Origin: a virus
DNA: 64,000 bases
Virus record (IMG/VR): IMGVR_UViG_3300042323_000705
Coordinates: 1-64,000 of that record
Strand: one strand, 5' to 3'
Position 1 is the first letter of the stretch, and the number at the start of each line of letters is the position of its first letter. The position numbers and the translations under genes were made by a program. The notes beneath the pieces are model-generated. The model was not told where the DNA came from. It saw only the letters and a list, made by a program, of their open reading frames with translations, and made no database searches. Of this stretch, positions 54,152 through 62,129 are shown piece after piece.

Positions 54152-54213
54152 TTCGTCCTCCTCGCCGGGCAATCTCTACCTTGATTACAGTTGTTGTTAC
54201 AGGGTGGGCACAT
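54148..54213 (-). CDS. Cys-rich micropeptide MCPPCNNNCNQGRDCPARRTK (21 aa)
   Basis: SD AAGGAG, ATGA coupling to next gene. Confidence 0.55.
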   Translation of the reverse strand: MCPPCNNNCNQGRDCPARRTK

Positions 54214-54240
54214 GGTTCTCTCCTTAGTTTGTTAACCTCC

Positions 54241-54263
54241 CACCTCTTAGCTATAAAGAAGAA
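54241..54263 (+). promoter_or_regulatory. putative phage RNAP promoter with no + strand gene downstream
   Basis: CACCTCTTAGCTATAAAGAAGAA, full consensus. Confidence 0.75.
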
Positions 54264-54386
54264 TGAGAGTTCTTTGGGGGTCGTCATCAGTGGTTCAGTT
54301 AGAAGAACTATGATGTTTTTCCTACTTTCCGGTGACTAGCGTCAGCTATAGGGGGTAGGGGGCCATCATAGTGGTTAGTTAGAAGA
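54256..54386 (+). ncRNA. candidate structured ncRNA / replication primer RNA
   Basis: Hairpin 54307-54372 relying on G-U pairs on the + strand; two imperfect direct repeats; G5-TA-G5 tract. Confidence 0.4.
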
Positions 54387-54650
54387 GAGAAGAAATAAAT
54401 CAGTCACATCTAACTTCTTTTCTTCTTCTTTCTTCTTATACTGATCTAGTATCAACTGTGCTTCTTCTTGTGTTTTAACCACACAATAAAATAGCTGTAA
54501 ATCTGGAAAGCGAAAAGTAGTCAACTCTGAACATACACCAGACCACTCATACACTGGTTTAGACCACCAGAGCATACCTGTTGTTCTTCCTGTTGATTTC
54601 CAAACCTGAGGAACATAGCCTTTAGTGACCACGACAATACGTGTTTTCAT
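54375..54650 (-). CDS. hypothetical protein (start MKTRIVV...)
   Basis: SD GGAGG before ATG54650. Confidence 0.55.
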   Translation of the reverse strand: MKTRIVVVTKGYVPQVWKSTGRTTGMLWWSKPVYEWSGVCSELTTFRFPDLQLFYCVVKTQEEAQLILDQYKKKEEEKKLDVTDLFLLSSN

Positions 54651-54651
54651 G

Positions 54652-54903
54652 TTACGCCTCCAGACGGTTGTGAACAGCCAACGGTACTTCATTATGACGT
54701 ACCTTTGTCCAGTGTTCTTTAGCGAGACTAAACACATAGTCTCCCTGTTTGTAACTGTACTCGTAGTCAAGGTCAGCCCACATAATCTTTACCTTGTCTA
54801 CAGTGATACGTGCCCACTTGTTACGTACAGGATGGTGATACCAACCCTGTGCACAGTAGTAGCCACGGTTGTTGACGGTAGTTACAGCGGTGTCCTTGCT
54901 CAT
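54652..54903 (-). CDS. hypothetical protein
   Basis: ORF track, coupled. Confidence 0.55.
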   Translation of the reverse strand: MSKDTAVTTVNNRGYYCAQGWYHHPVRNKWARITVDKVKIMWADLDYEYSYKQGDYVFSLAKEHWTKVRHNEVPLAVHNRLEA

Positions 54904-55199
54904 AGTCCTAGTTCCTTCTTTAGCTGTTCATATTGTGAGCGTTTGTAAGCTTGCTGTCGAGTAGCTTCTAATACTACTCTTTTATTGTACTCTTCTTCTG
55001 TCTCTCCACGATAGAAGATCCAACGTAGTTCTACTGAACCTTCATAGTCTGTACAATATTCGAAGTAAACACCATCACAGCCAAATAGAGACTTAGCTCT
55101 TTCTTGTGCTGCTTTAGTTTCTGCTTCTATTGTGCTTGCAGGAGTTTCATATCCCCAGTTTATTACTTCTTCGACTAGGTTAAACTTACGACGAGTCAT
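54900..55199 (-). CDS. hypothetical protein
   Basis: R.ET.EEY..R...YE.LK.E pattern. Confidence 0.6.
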   Translation of the reverse strand: MTRRKFNLVEEVINWGYETPASTIEAETKAAQERAKSLFGCDGVYFEYCTDYEGSVELRWIFYRGETEEEYNKRVVLEATRQQAYKRSQYEQLKKELGL

Positions 55200-55337
55200 A
55201 CTGCCTCCAGTTGTTTGTAATGTTTCTTAAAGGGTCGATAGTAAGGTTTAGTTTTTAACAACACCATACCATCCCCAAGAAAAGCTTCAATTCTAGCTTC
55301 ATGTCCAGTATTTGAAATTCGAACTAACTCTCCTTTG

Positions 55338-55721
55338 CTAAAGGGACCTCCACCCTTCTTTTGTGGTGTAGTAGGTTCTTTTGATTCCGAATGCTTCAAT
55401 TGCACGTGAGCATCCATCGCAAGGGCAACTTGACGCTGTACTTCCATCTTTACAAGTTCTAGCAACATAAAGAGTGCACTCCTTTAGTATTTCGGTTCCA
55501 TAAAGATTCACTGCCCTGATTATGCAGTCTATTTCTGCATGCAAGTTTACACAGTCAGGGTGTTTATTGTAACGTAGCATCATAGGATGCGTTTTGTAGC
55601 GGTTGACTCCTGTGGCCAACAACCGGCCTCGGTAGTAGAGTCCCGCTGCATGTTTAGAGCGGAACACTGGTTCTGTTTTCCTTGCCAGTTCGATTATATA
55701 ACTAGCGTGATTTACTTCCAC
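55338..55721 (-). CDS. second zinc-dependent deaminase (CMP/dCMP superfamily)
   Basis: H.A...G.N, LHAE.D, LYVAR, S.PC..C...I...GI...YYT. Confidence 0.85.
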   Translation of the reverse strand: MEVNHASYIIELARKTEPVFRSKHAAGLYYRGRLLATGVNRYKTHPMMLRYNKHPDCVNLHAEIDCIIRAVNLYGTEILKECTLYVARTCKDGSTASSCPCDGCSRAIEAFGIKRTYYTTKEGWRSL

Positions 55722-56068
55722 GATCGACCTAGCTCAAACACGTACCTAAAGTATTCTTTTTCTAGTAGATAAGAAGACTTATCTTTAGCTTCTTCCCAAG
55801 CTTTCTCCCAAGGTTCTAGCTTGTTTTCTAAATAGTAACTTACTGCATTTGTTGTAGTTAAGAATCGGAAAGTAATAGCAGAGACACGATGTATAGATCC
55901 TCCTGCATTCTCTACAATTAGCTCTCCTTGTCGATTTTTACCGATGTAATGAAAGTCACCCCAACCTTTAACTGTGAGAGGTTTAGATAAATCTACTGTA
56001 GGCATTTTAGTTTCCTTTGCAGGTGGATAGTCTCGTTGACAGATAGAACAACTTCCAGATAGACACAT
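55712..56068 (-). CDS. hypothetical protein, paralog of next gene
   Basis: Ends FELGRSWK. Confidence 0.6.
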   Translation of the reverse strand: MCLSGSCSICQRDYPPAKETKMPTVDLSKPLTVKGWGDFHYIGKNRQGELIVENAGGSIHRVSAITFRFLTTTNAVSYYLENKLEPWEKAWEEAKDKSSYLLEKEYFRYVFELGRSWK

Positions 56069-56556
56069 TATTTCCAGCTCCTACCTAGCTCAAAAGCATC
56101 TTTGAAGGTTTGTTCAACTGAGTATTCTTTTTCAGCTGGTTGACCTTTCCAGAGCTCAAAAGCTTGTTTCCACTCTTGTGGTGGGTTAGTTACTCGAACA
56201 AATCCTAGTTGACCTTGTACAAGTCCTGTATCTTTGTAAGCAGCGTAGACTGTTCCATCTGCAGTCTCTACTACTACCTTGTCTCCTTTTTTAGTTGAAG
56301 AGACTAAGAGAGTACAAGTCAGAGGAGCTTGACCTAAACCTTCGATTTGTAGCGGTTCTTTCCAGTTTACTGTCATTTTAAGTTTCCTGAATAGTGTGTA
56401 CTTAAGGTTTCCTAACCGACGAACACCTGTACTAGTTTCAATAGTAAGGTAGCCGTTAGCGTCTTGTTTCAGTTGATAACGTTCACCATGTTGAGTCTCA
56501 ACACAGTCTCCACGGCAAACACTATAAACGATTTCATCTCCATACTTCCAAGTCAT
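56068..56556 (-). CDS. hypothetical protein
   Basis: Ends FELGRSWK. Confidence 0.6.
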   Translation of the reverse strand: MTWKYGDEIVYSVCRGDCVETQHGERYQLKQDANGYLTIETSTGVRRLGNLKYTLFRKLKMTVNWKEPLQIEGLGQAPLTCTLLVSSTKKGDKVVVETADGTVYAAYKDTGLVQGQLGFVRVTNPPQEWKQAFELWKGQPAEKEYSVEQTFKDAFELGRSWK

Positions 56557-56777
56557 GTTGCGGTATAGGTCCCTTCTGGTAGCCCAAGAGCGGTTAACGC
56601 TTCTCTTAGCTGTTGGTTTGTCATTTCTACGACTTCATAACGCTCATACTCTTCATTCCACTGACGAACAAAGACTCCCTGCTCGTCGAGTAGCCATTCA
56701 ACGTCTTCTAGTCGTCCACTGTCGTCTAGTACTGTTATAATCGACTCCGCGAACACATGCTCTACTGTGAAGGTCAT
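56553..56777 (-). CDS. hypothetical protein
   Basis: FTVE...IT.LD..G..EDV...V..RQW...AL.LPEG.Y. Confidence 0.6.
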   Translation of the reverse strand: MTFTVEHVFAESIITVLDDSGRLEDVEWLLDEQGVFVRQWNEEYERYEVVEMTNQQLREALTALGLPEGTYTAT

Positions 56778-56952
56778 TGCTTTGATACCGCCTGATACCA
56801 GAACAAACCCTCTTTATAGGTTGCTCCTGTTGTTGACCAGCCTAGACGAGTTAGCTTTGCTACATCAGATAGTAGCTTAGATTCTGAGTAAGCGCGTAGT
56901 ACTTGTTGGATCATTTTGACCTCAGTTAGCCATGAAAAAAATAATGAAGTTT

Positions 56953-56979
56953 AGAAAGCCCCCGCCGAAGCGGGAGCCT
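56953..56979 (-). terminator. early-region terminator-like hairpin
   Basis: - strand GGCTCCCGC-TTCG-GCGGGGGCT-TTCT. Confidence 0.65.
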
Positions 56980-56983
56980 TATC

Positions 56984-57169
56984 TTACCAAAACAACACAG
57001 CAGTTACTAGGAAAGCACCTATTCCTGCTTGATAGTTTTCGGAAGAAACTCCTACAAAGATACCAAACAGCAATGCAGCAAGCAAAGCAGAAGGACCTAG
57101 TCGAAGTCTTGGTAGTTTCAGAGAAGAAACTATGATTACAAACAGTATGATGCTACCTATGATAATCAT
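56984..57169 (-). CDS. small hydrophobic membrane protein
   Basis: Three hydrophobic stretches. Confidence 0.55.
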   Translation of the reverse strand: MIIIGSIILFVIIVSSLKLPRLRLGPSALLAALLFGIFVGVSSENYQAGIGAFLVTAVLFW

Positions 57170-57180
57170 CTATTTTTACC

Positions 57181-57426
57181 TTACACAAGAGTAGGGGCAG
57201 TAAAGCCGGGGTAGTAAACTGCAATACGCTTTGCAGACTTGTTTAGTAAACGTTGAAAAATCTCAACGTCTTGGTTATTACCTTTATCGTAGTCAGCAAG
57301 TAACTTATAGAAGTAACGAAGCTCTAGTTTCTTATATGCTTCTTTCTGTTTACGATGCTCAAGATACTCATGAACACCAACAACAATACCGATGAAAAAC
57401 AATGCCACAAAGGTTGCAGTCCACAT
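57181..57426 (-). CDS. membrane-anchored hypothetical protein
   Basis: N-terminal TM helix; SD GGAG. Confidence 0.55.
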   Translation of the reverse strand: MWTATFVALFFIGIVVGVHEYLEHRKQKEAYKKLELRYFYKLLADYDKGNNQDVEIFQRLLNKSAKRIAVYYPGFTAPTLV

Positions 57427-57427
57427 T

Positions 57428-57646
57428 TCACACTCTCCGTCCAGTGAAGGGTTTTTGATCTGAAGCTAGCTCGTATAGTCTTTGCCAAGCTACTTCGGTT
57501 GAAGCGTAGTATACCTCAGCCCAAACGAATCCGGGCTGAAGCTTTCTGTTACAGACGAACTGTCCAAATCTCAAAGACGACCGAAGACTTGAATCGCCAA
57601 TCCAAGTGTTCCAGAGCGTTCTAAGCTCTTCAGTTGTGAGTTCCAT
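57428..57646 (-). CDS. hypothetical protein
   Basis: LRFGQF..N pattern. Confidence 0.55.
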   Translation of the reverse strand: MELTTEELRTLWNTWIGDSSLRSSLRFGQFVCNRKLQPGFVWAEVYYASTEVAWQRLYELASDQKPFTGRRV

Positions 57647-57795
57647 TTCTTTTTGTTCCCTTTCATTCTAAACACGATAGCAAGTTCAGCTTCTTTCAGC
57701 CGATGCTTCCAACCATGTTCGGTTACGAGTAACTCGTAGGTCACCCAAGAAACTTCGAGTAACTTTCCTGAGTCTAGTTGTGCGTAGTATCTCAT
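57571..57795 (-). CDS. hypothetical protein
   Basis: SD AAGGAG. Confidence 0.5.
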   Translation of the reverse strand: MRYYAQLDSGKLLEVSWVTYELLVTEHGWKHRLKEAELAIVFRMKGNKKKWNSQLKSLERSGTLGLAIQVFGRL

Positions 57796-57853
57796 GTTTC
57801 TCTCCTTAAGAGGGTTGTAGTCGAGCAGTTAGTCGCTTGCTCAGGCCAAGACT

Positions 57854-58042
57854 CTACAGAGTCATTACCAGTTCGTACACCGCAACACCTGCAAGAGTCT
57901 TAGTTACGTCCTCATGCAACTCAAGGGCTTTTTTCAAAGCTTCTTCTTTGTTACCTGCCATGAAGTAATCGCTTGTCATAAAACCGTTTTCACCATCGTC
58001 AGTGGTGAAAGCCAGTTTAACAAAGTACGGCATTGCTCTCAT
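57854..58042 (-). CDS. hypothetical protein, first gene of the - strand block
   Basis: SD GGAGG before ATG58042. Confidence 0.5.
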   Translation of the reverse strand: MRAMPYFVKLAFTTDDGENGFMTSDYFMAGNKEEALKKALELHEDVTKTLAGVAVYELVMTL

Positions 58043-58144
58043 AAGAGCCTCCATCGTTGGGGGTTAAGAGATTTCTCGTCTTGAGATTATCTCATTATAG
58101 ATACACACTTTTCCTCACTTTTTTAGCATACCAAAAGGAATAAA

Positions 58145-58822
58145 ATGACCAAAAGAATTCGTACTCGCCCACGACCTCTAGTTGAAAAGGCTGTCCACAT
58201 TCAGCCAAAGACTCAAAACCAAGATCGGCTAATCAGAGCTATCGAGCAAAACCAGTTAGTAGTTACAATTGGTCCAGCAGGTGTTGGTAAAACTTATTGT
58301 GCTGTTAACGCAGCTGTAAACTTGCTTGTGCAAGGTCGTGTAAAGAAACTGGTACTAGTTCGTGCTAATATTCCTACAGGAAAAACTCTTGGTTCTTTCC
58401 CCGGTGACATTTACGATAAGCTTGGTCCTTGGTTAGCTCCCATGACTAGTGAGATTAAAAAGAGACTTGGTGCAAATGACTACGATGCTAAGCGTCATTC
58501 AGGTCAAATCGAGTTTCATCCGCTAGAAACTATTCGTGGTGCTAGCTTTGAGGACACAATTATTCTTGTTGACGAATCTCAGAACTTAACTTATGAAGAA
58601 GTGAAGGCAATTACTACAAGAATCGGTGAGAACTCTAAAATGATTCTTATGGGTGATCCAATGCAAAGAGATACACGTGACTCTGGTCTAACAACCTTTA
58701 AAAAGATTATTAATCAATTTAACTTAGAGATTCCTGTTGTTGAGTTTGATCTAGACGATATCGTTCGTTCTGATCTAGTTGCTCAGCTTGTGAAAGCCTA
58801 TGTAAAATATGAGAAAAACTAA
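58145..58822 (+). CDS. phoH: PhoH-like ATPase
   Basis: GPAGVGKT, LG.FPG, RGASF, DE.QN, TRIG, GD..Q.D, DIVRS. Confidence 0.93.
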   Translation: MTKRIRTRPRPLVEKAVHIQPKTQNQDRLIRAIEQNQLVVTIGPAGVGKTYCAVNAAVNLLVQGRVKKLVLVRANIPTGKTLGSFPGDIYDKLGPWLAPMTSEIKKRLGANDYDAKRHSGQIEFHPLETIRGASFEDTIILVDESQNLTYEEVKAITTRIGENSKMILMGDPMQRDTRDSGLTTFKKIINQFNLEIPVVEFDLDDIVRSDLVAQLVKAYVKYEKN

Positions 58823-58906
58823 CACACACTAACGCCCATTGTTTTCAGGCCAAAAACTTTACTAAAAGAATCGACCCTGAAACTCTAAAAATAAAGGACA
58901 ACAAAT

Positions 58907-59215
58907 ATGGCAAGAAATCAAGCAGCAGTGCATGTACCAGTTGGTGTATGGACTGAACTAACTGGCGGTGATGCAACTAAGATCACATGGCAAATCGTCA
59001 CTAACGAAGACAAACTAAACGGTGTTTACGTTCGTGTAACAGATACTGGCACAGCTCCAACAGACCAGTACGGCCTCCATTTCGCAACTTGGGATGATGC
59101 TGAGATTAATCGTGCACTTACAGACTATCGTGCAGGTGTAGCAGGCTCTAAACGTGTCTGGGCCAAAGCAATTAAAGAAGCTGTTGTAGTAGTCGTATCA
59201 GACGATAGCGTATAA
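58907..59215 (+). CDS. small putative virion protein
   Basis: Beta-rich, high-expression codons, SD AAGGA. Confidence 0.55.
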   Translation: MARNQAAVHVPVGVWTELTGGDATKITWQIVTNEDKLNGVYVRVTDTGTAPTDQYGLHFATWDDAEINRALTDYRAGVAGSKRVWAKAIKEAVVVVVSDDSV

Positions 59216-59231
59216 CTCTAAGGAGAACTAA

Positions 59232-60803
59232 ATGACCCAGATACCAACTCTTACTTCGAAGTCTAGTGTTGGCACTCCAACTTACGAATATGAATCTATG
59301 GTTCGTATCTGGAAACGTTGCCGCGCTATTCTAAACGGAGAGCTTTATGCTAAAGAGCATGACCGTTATCTCGATCAAGTTAACTACACTAACCTACTAG
59401 TACCTTTTAGTCCTCGTATGTCAGCAGAACAGTATCGCTGGTACGTAGCTGAAGCAGAACTACCCGGTTTAACTTCACAGTATGCAAAGATTCTTACAGG
59501 TGGTTTGCTTCGTAAGCCACCAGAAATTATGCTACCTGAAACAGTACCTGAAGAAGCTGCCTCTTGGCTACGTAACCGCTTTACGGAAGATGGTCGTCCA
59601 ATTATTGCTTTTCTTGATGCTGCTATTTGGGAAGAGCTATCGACTTCACGTGGTTGGGTTTCTGTAGACTTTCCTATGGTTCCTAACTACACTGATTTAG
59701 ATCCTGAACAAAAACAAATGATTGCGCCTTATCCAGTTCTTTGGAGAGCTGAGGACGTTATTAACTGGCAAACAGGTATTGATAAATCCACTGGTCGTCC
59801 AACTCTTACTCGTATTGTTTTCCGTTACATTGGCAGAACTTATAGAGACTCTGAGTGGCATCCTAACTTAGACATTGTTGCTGCGGATCATTATCTTGAT
59901 GAAGAAGGTATTTACAGAGTACAATACTACAAAAAAGAAGGTGAAGCTACAGTAGACCTGATTAACGGTGACATTAAAATGACTCAGCTCTTTGGTACTG
60001 AGCTGTTTAGTAATGACCACTGGATTGCAGACGGTGAACCTTTAACTCCAATGATGTGGGGTGAGCCAATGACACAGCTCCCTATTTTCCCATTAAATGG
60101 TGAAGTTACCCTCGAAGCTCCAATGCTAACTCCTCTTATTGACAAAGAAATTGCTCTTTACAACAAAATCTCTCGTCGTAATCATCTTCTTTATGGTGCA
60201 GCTACTTTTACTCCTGTAGTGTTTTCAGACATGAGCAACGAAGACTTTCAACAAGTAGTTAATGCTGGTTTAGGCTCCTGGATTAAATTAGGCTCACAAG
60301 ACAAAATTGATGCTTTTAAAACTCCAACGGATGCTTTGTCAGATATGGATCGTGCAATTGAAGGTGCCTTAGCTGAAATGTCTCGTTTCGGTACTCAGAT
60401 TCTAGCACCAGACGCAAGAACTGGAGACTCTGGTATTGCGCTTGAAATTAGAAACTCTAGCATCACAGCTCAGCTAGGACTTCTTAACAACAAGCTCTCT
60501 GCTACTATGGCAGAAGTTCTTAAGCTAATGATTAGATGGCGTTATGGAAAAGATGTAGAAGTTGAAGATCTTAAATTCAAACTATCAGCAGACTTTAACC
60601 CAACACCTCTTGGTTCTGAATGGACTCGTCTAGTAACTGAATGGTATCAGAATCGTTTGATTCCTCGTTCTGTATGGCTTTCTGTAGCTAAGCAGCATGA
60701 TATTATTCCTAATGATTATGATGATGTAGCAGGTATGGAAGAGATCGGCCAAGATCCTCTGATTCAAGATAACTCTGGCATGGACATAGAGGACAATATA
60801 TAA
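59232..60803 (+). CDS. portal protein (DUF4055-like)
   Basis: 523 aa; Y..Y...AE.P, G...RK, VD.P, E..INW, P.L..L. Confidence 0.85.
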   Translation: MTQIPTLTSKSSVGTPTYEYESMVRIWKRCRAILNGELYAKEHDRYLDQVNYTNLLVPFSPRMSAEQYRWYVAEAELPGLTSQYAKILTGGLLRKPPEIMLPETVPEEAASWLRNRFTEDGRPIIAFLDAAIWEELSTSRGWVSVDFPMVPNYTDLDPEQKQMIAPYPVLWRAEDVINWQTGIDKSTGRPTLTRIVFRYIGRTYRDSEWHPNLDIVAADHYLDEEGIYRVQYYKKEGEATVDLINGDIKMTQLFGTELFSNDHWIADGEPLTPMMWGEPMTQLPIFPLNGEVTLEAPMLTPLIDKEIALYNKISRRNHLLYGAATFTPVVFSDMSNEDFQQVVNAGLGSWIKLGSQDKIDAFKTPTDALSDMDRAIEGALAEMSRFGTQILAPDARTGDSGIALEIRNSSITAQLGLLNNKLSATMAEVLKLMIRWRYGKDVEVEDLKFKLSADFNPTPLGSEWTRLVTEWYQNRLIPRSVWLSVAKQHDIIPNDYDDVAGMEEIGQDPLIQDNSGMDIEDNI

Positions 60804-60997
60804 TGTTTTTAGCAATGCTACTAGTGTGCACTTCAGCTGAAGTACAATCTTGCGAAATCTTTTACAATACTGAAGAGGTCTTTGTAACTCAAGAAGCTTG
60901 TGAAGCAGATCTTGATGAAGCTTCTACTTTTCTTGACAGTCCTGAAGTTTACTACAGCAAGACTGGTTGCATTGTTCTTCCAGGAGACTCTGCATAA
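60803..60997 (+). CDS. small Cys-containing protein
   Basis: TAATG coupling; L.C......C...F.T...C...C. Confidence 0.55.
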   Translation: MFLAMLLVCTSAEVQSCEIFYNTEEVFVTQEACEADLDEASTFLDSPEVYYSKTGCIVLPGDSA

Positions 60998-61143
60998 TGC
61001 CACTTAAAAAAGGTTATTCACAAAAGACCATTTCTTCAAATATTCGTAGAGAGAAAAAACGTGGTCATTCACAGAAACAATCTGTAGCTATCGCTTTGTC
61101 GGTAGCTGCAGAGGCTAAGAAGAAAAGAAATAAAAAGAAATAA
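60997..61143 (+). CDS. small basic protein (48 aa, MPLKKG...KQSVAIALS)
   Basis: Read by eye; TAATG coupling; pattern common in phage head modules. Confidence 0.65.
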   Translation: MPLKKGYSQKTISSNIRREKKRGHSQKQSVAIALSVAAEAKKKRNKKK

Positions 61144-61207
61144 CTCTCCTCAATGAAGGACCCCAACAACACAACCCAGCTGAGGCTCGGTTAGAGGAGA
61201 CACACAC

Positions 61208-61645
61208 ATGGCACGCAGTAAAATTACTTCTGCTTCCCAAGATCTTATCTCTGATAATGGAGCAGTCTTAGCAAGTATTGTTGACGGAGAACAGATTCAA
61301 TTAGATGTAACACTAAACTGGCTAACCAATCTTACAGGTTATCAGATGAAAGTTACTGTCATTGAAGCTCAAAATACTGGTGATGGTAAGATTCCTACGG
61401 CTGTGCAGCCTAGTGGAGTTATTACTCAGCTACCTATTTTAGATTCTCTCGTAACCGATAATACTTTCAAGATTGTTTTCCCAGAGAACTTGATTGCTAC
61501 TTGGAACGTACAACCTTCCCCTGACAAACCTGTTTATGGTTATATCGAACTAGAAGTAAAAGACACAGGAACAGGGAATCTACAACAAATTTGGAAACCT
61601 CTCAGAGGACTAGTAGAAGTCTTATATTCTCCAACGGAGTTCTAA
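61208..61645 (+). CDS. virion structural protein (BppU-N-like fibre attachment candidate)
   Basis: LTGY.....E...Y.ELEV......WKP.RG.VEV pattern. Confidence 0.55.
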   Translation: MARSKITSASQDLISDNGAVLASIVDGEQIQLDVTLNWLTNLTGYQMKVTVIEAQNTGDGKIPTAVQPSGVITQLPILDSLVTDNTFKIVFPENLIATWNVQPSPDKPVYGYIELEVKDTGTGNLQQIWKPLRGLVEVLYSPTEF

Positions 61646-61646
61646 G

Positions 61647-62129
61647 ATGACATACAAACTAAGCACTAAAGGCAATAAGTTAGAACTTTCTCTAACTAAA
61701 AACGAACTTGTTACAGAAGTAGACAAGCTAGAATACACAGTTTCTCTTGCTAGGACAGGAGGGCAGGGTTCTAAAGGCGATACTATTAGTAATGTTTATG
61801 TTGATGCTAACCAACACCTTATTGTACAAACGGTTAACTCTGCAGGAGTAACCACTACAATCGATGCAGGTGATGTTGAAGCTGAAATCAACTTAGACCA
61901 TCTTGAAGATGTTATTTTTAACAACTTACAAAATGCTGACTACATCGCTTACGACTTACCTACTCAAACCTTTAGAAACTACCAGCTAACAACTTCTCGT
62001 ATGGTAGATGTAAACAATGACGATAGAACTGACGGTTCTCTTCTTGTGTTTAAAGAAACTGATAACAAGTATGTTGCAACAAACGTACTTAATAATCCAA
62101 ATACTATCATTACTGGGGGTAACTTCTAA
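61647..62129 (+). CDS. fibre-associated protein
   Basis: G.QG.KGD, L..L.DV repeats, ends ITGGNF. Confidence 0.55.
   Translation: MTYKLSTKGNKLELSLTKNELVTEVDKLEYTVSLARTGGQGSKGDTISNVYVDANQHLIVQTVNSAGVTTTIDAGDVEAEINLDHLEDVIFNNLQNADYIAYDLPTQTFRNYQLTTSRMVDVNNDDRTDGSLLVFKETDNKYVATNVLNNPNTIITGGNF

Noticed and set aside
54087-54287. Track ORF crossing the promoter at 54241
   Set aside because: Better explained by the 21-aa peptide and ATG54151, both with clear SDs
53447-54948. + strand ORFs 53447, 53518 and 54625 as genes, the last as target of the orphan promoter
   Set aside because: They are antisense to well-coupled - strand genes, lack SD and have non-protein-like composition
55196-55468. ORF overlapping the deaminase by about 130 nt
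   Set aside because: The 3' half probably codes, but no convincing start could be assigned, so it is not listed as a feature
18950-58054. Stop-codon reassignment suggested by the odd tRNA
   Set aside because: Core genes are full length under the standard code and TAA, TAG and TGA all end genes
58090-58130. Host sigma70 early promoter on the - strand (TATAAT near 58095-58100)
   Set aside because: No matching -35 or extended -10; TATAAT alone is uninformative in AT-rich DNA
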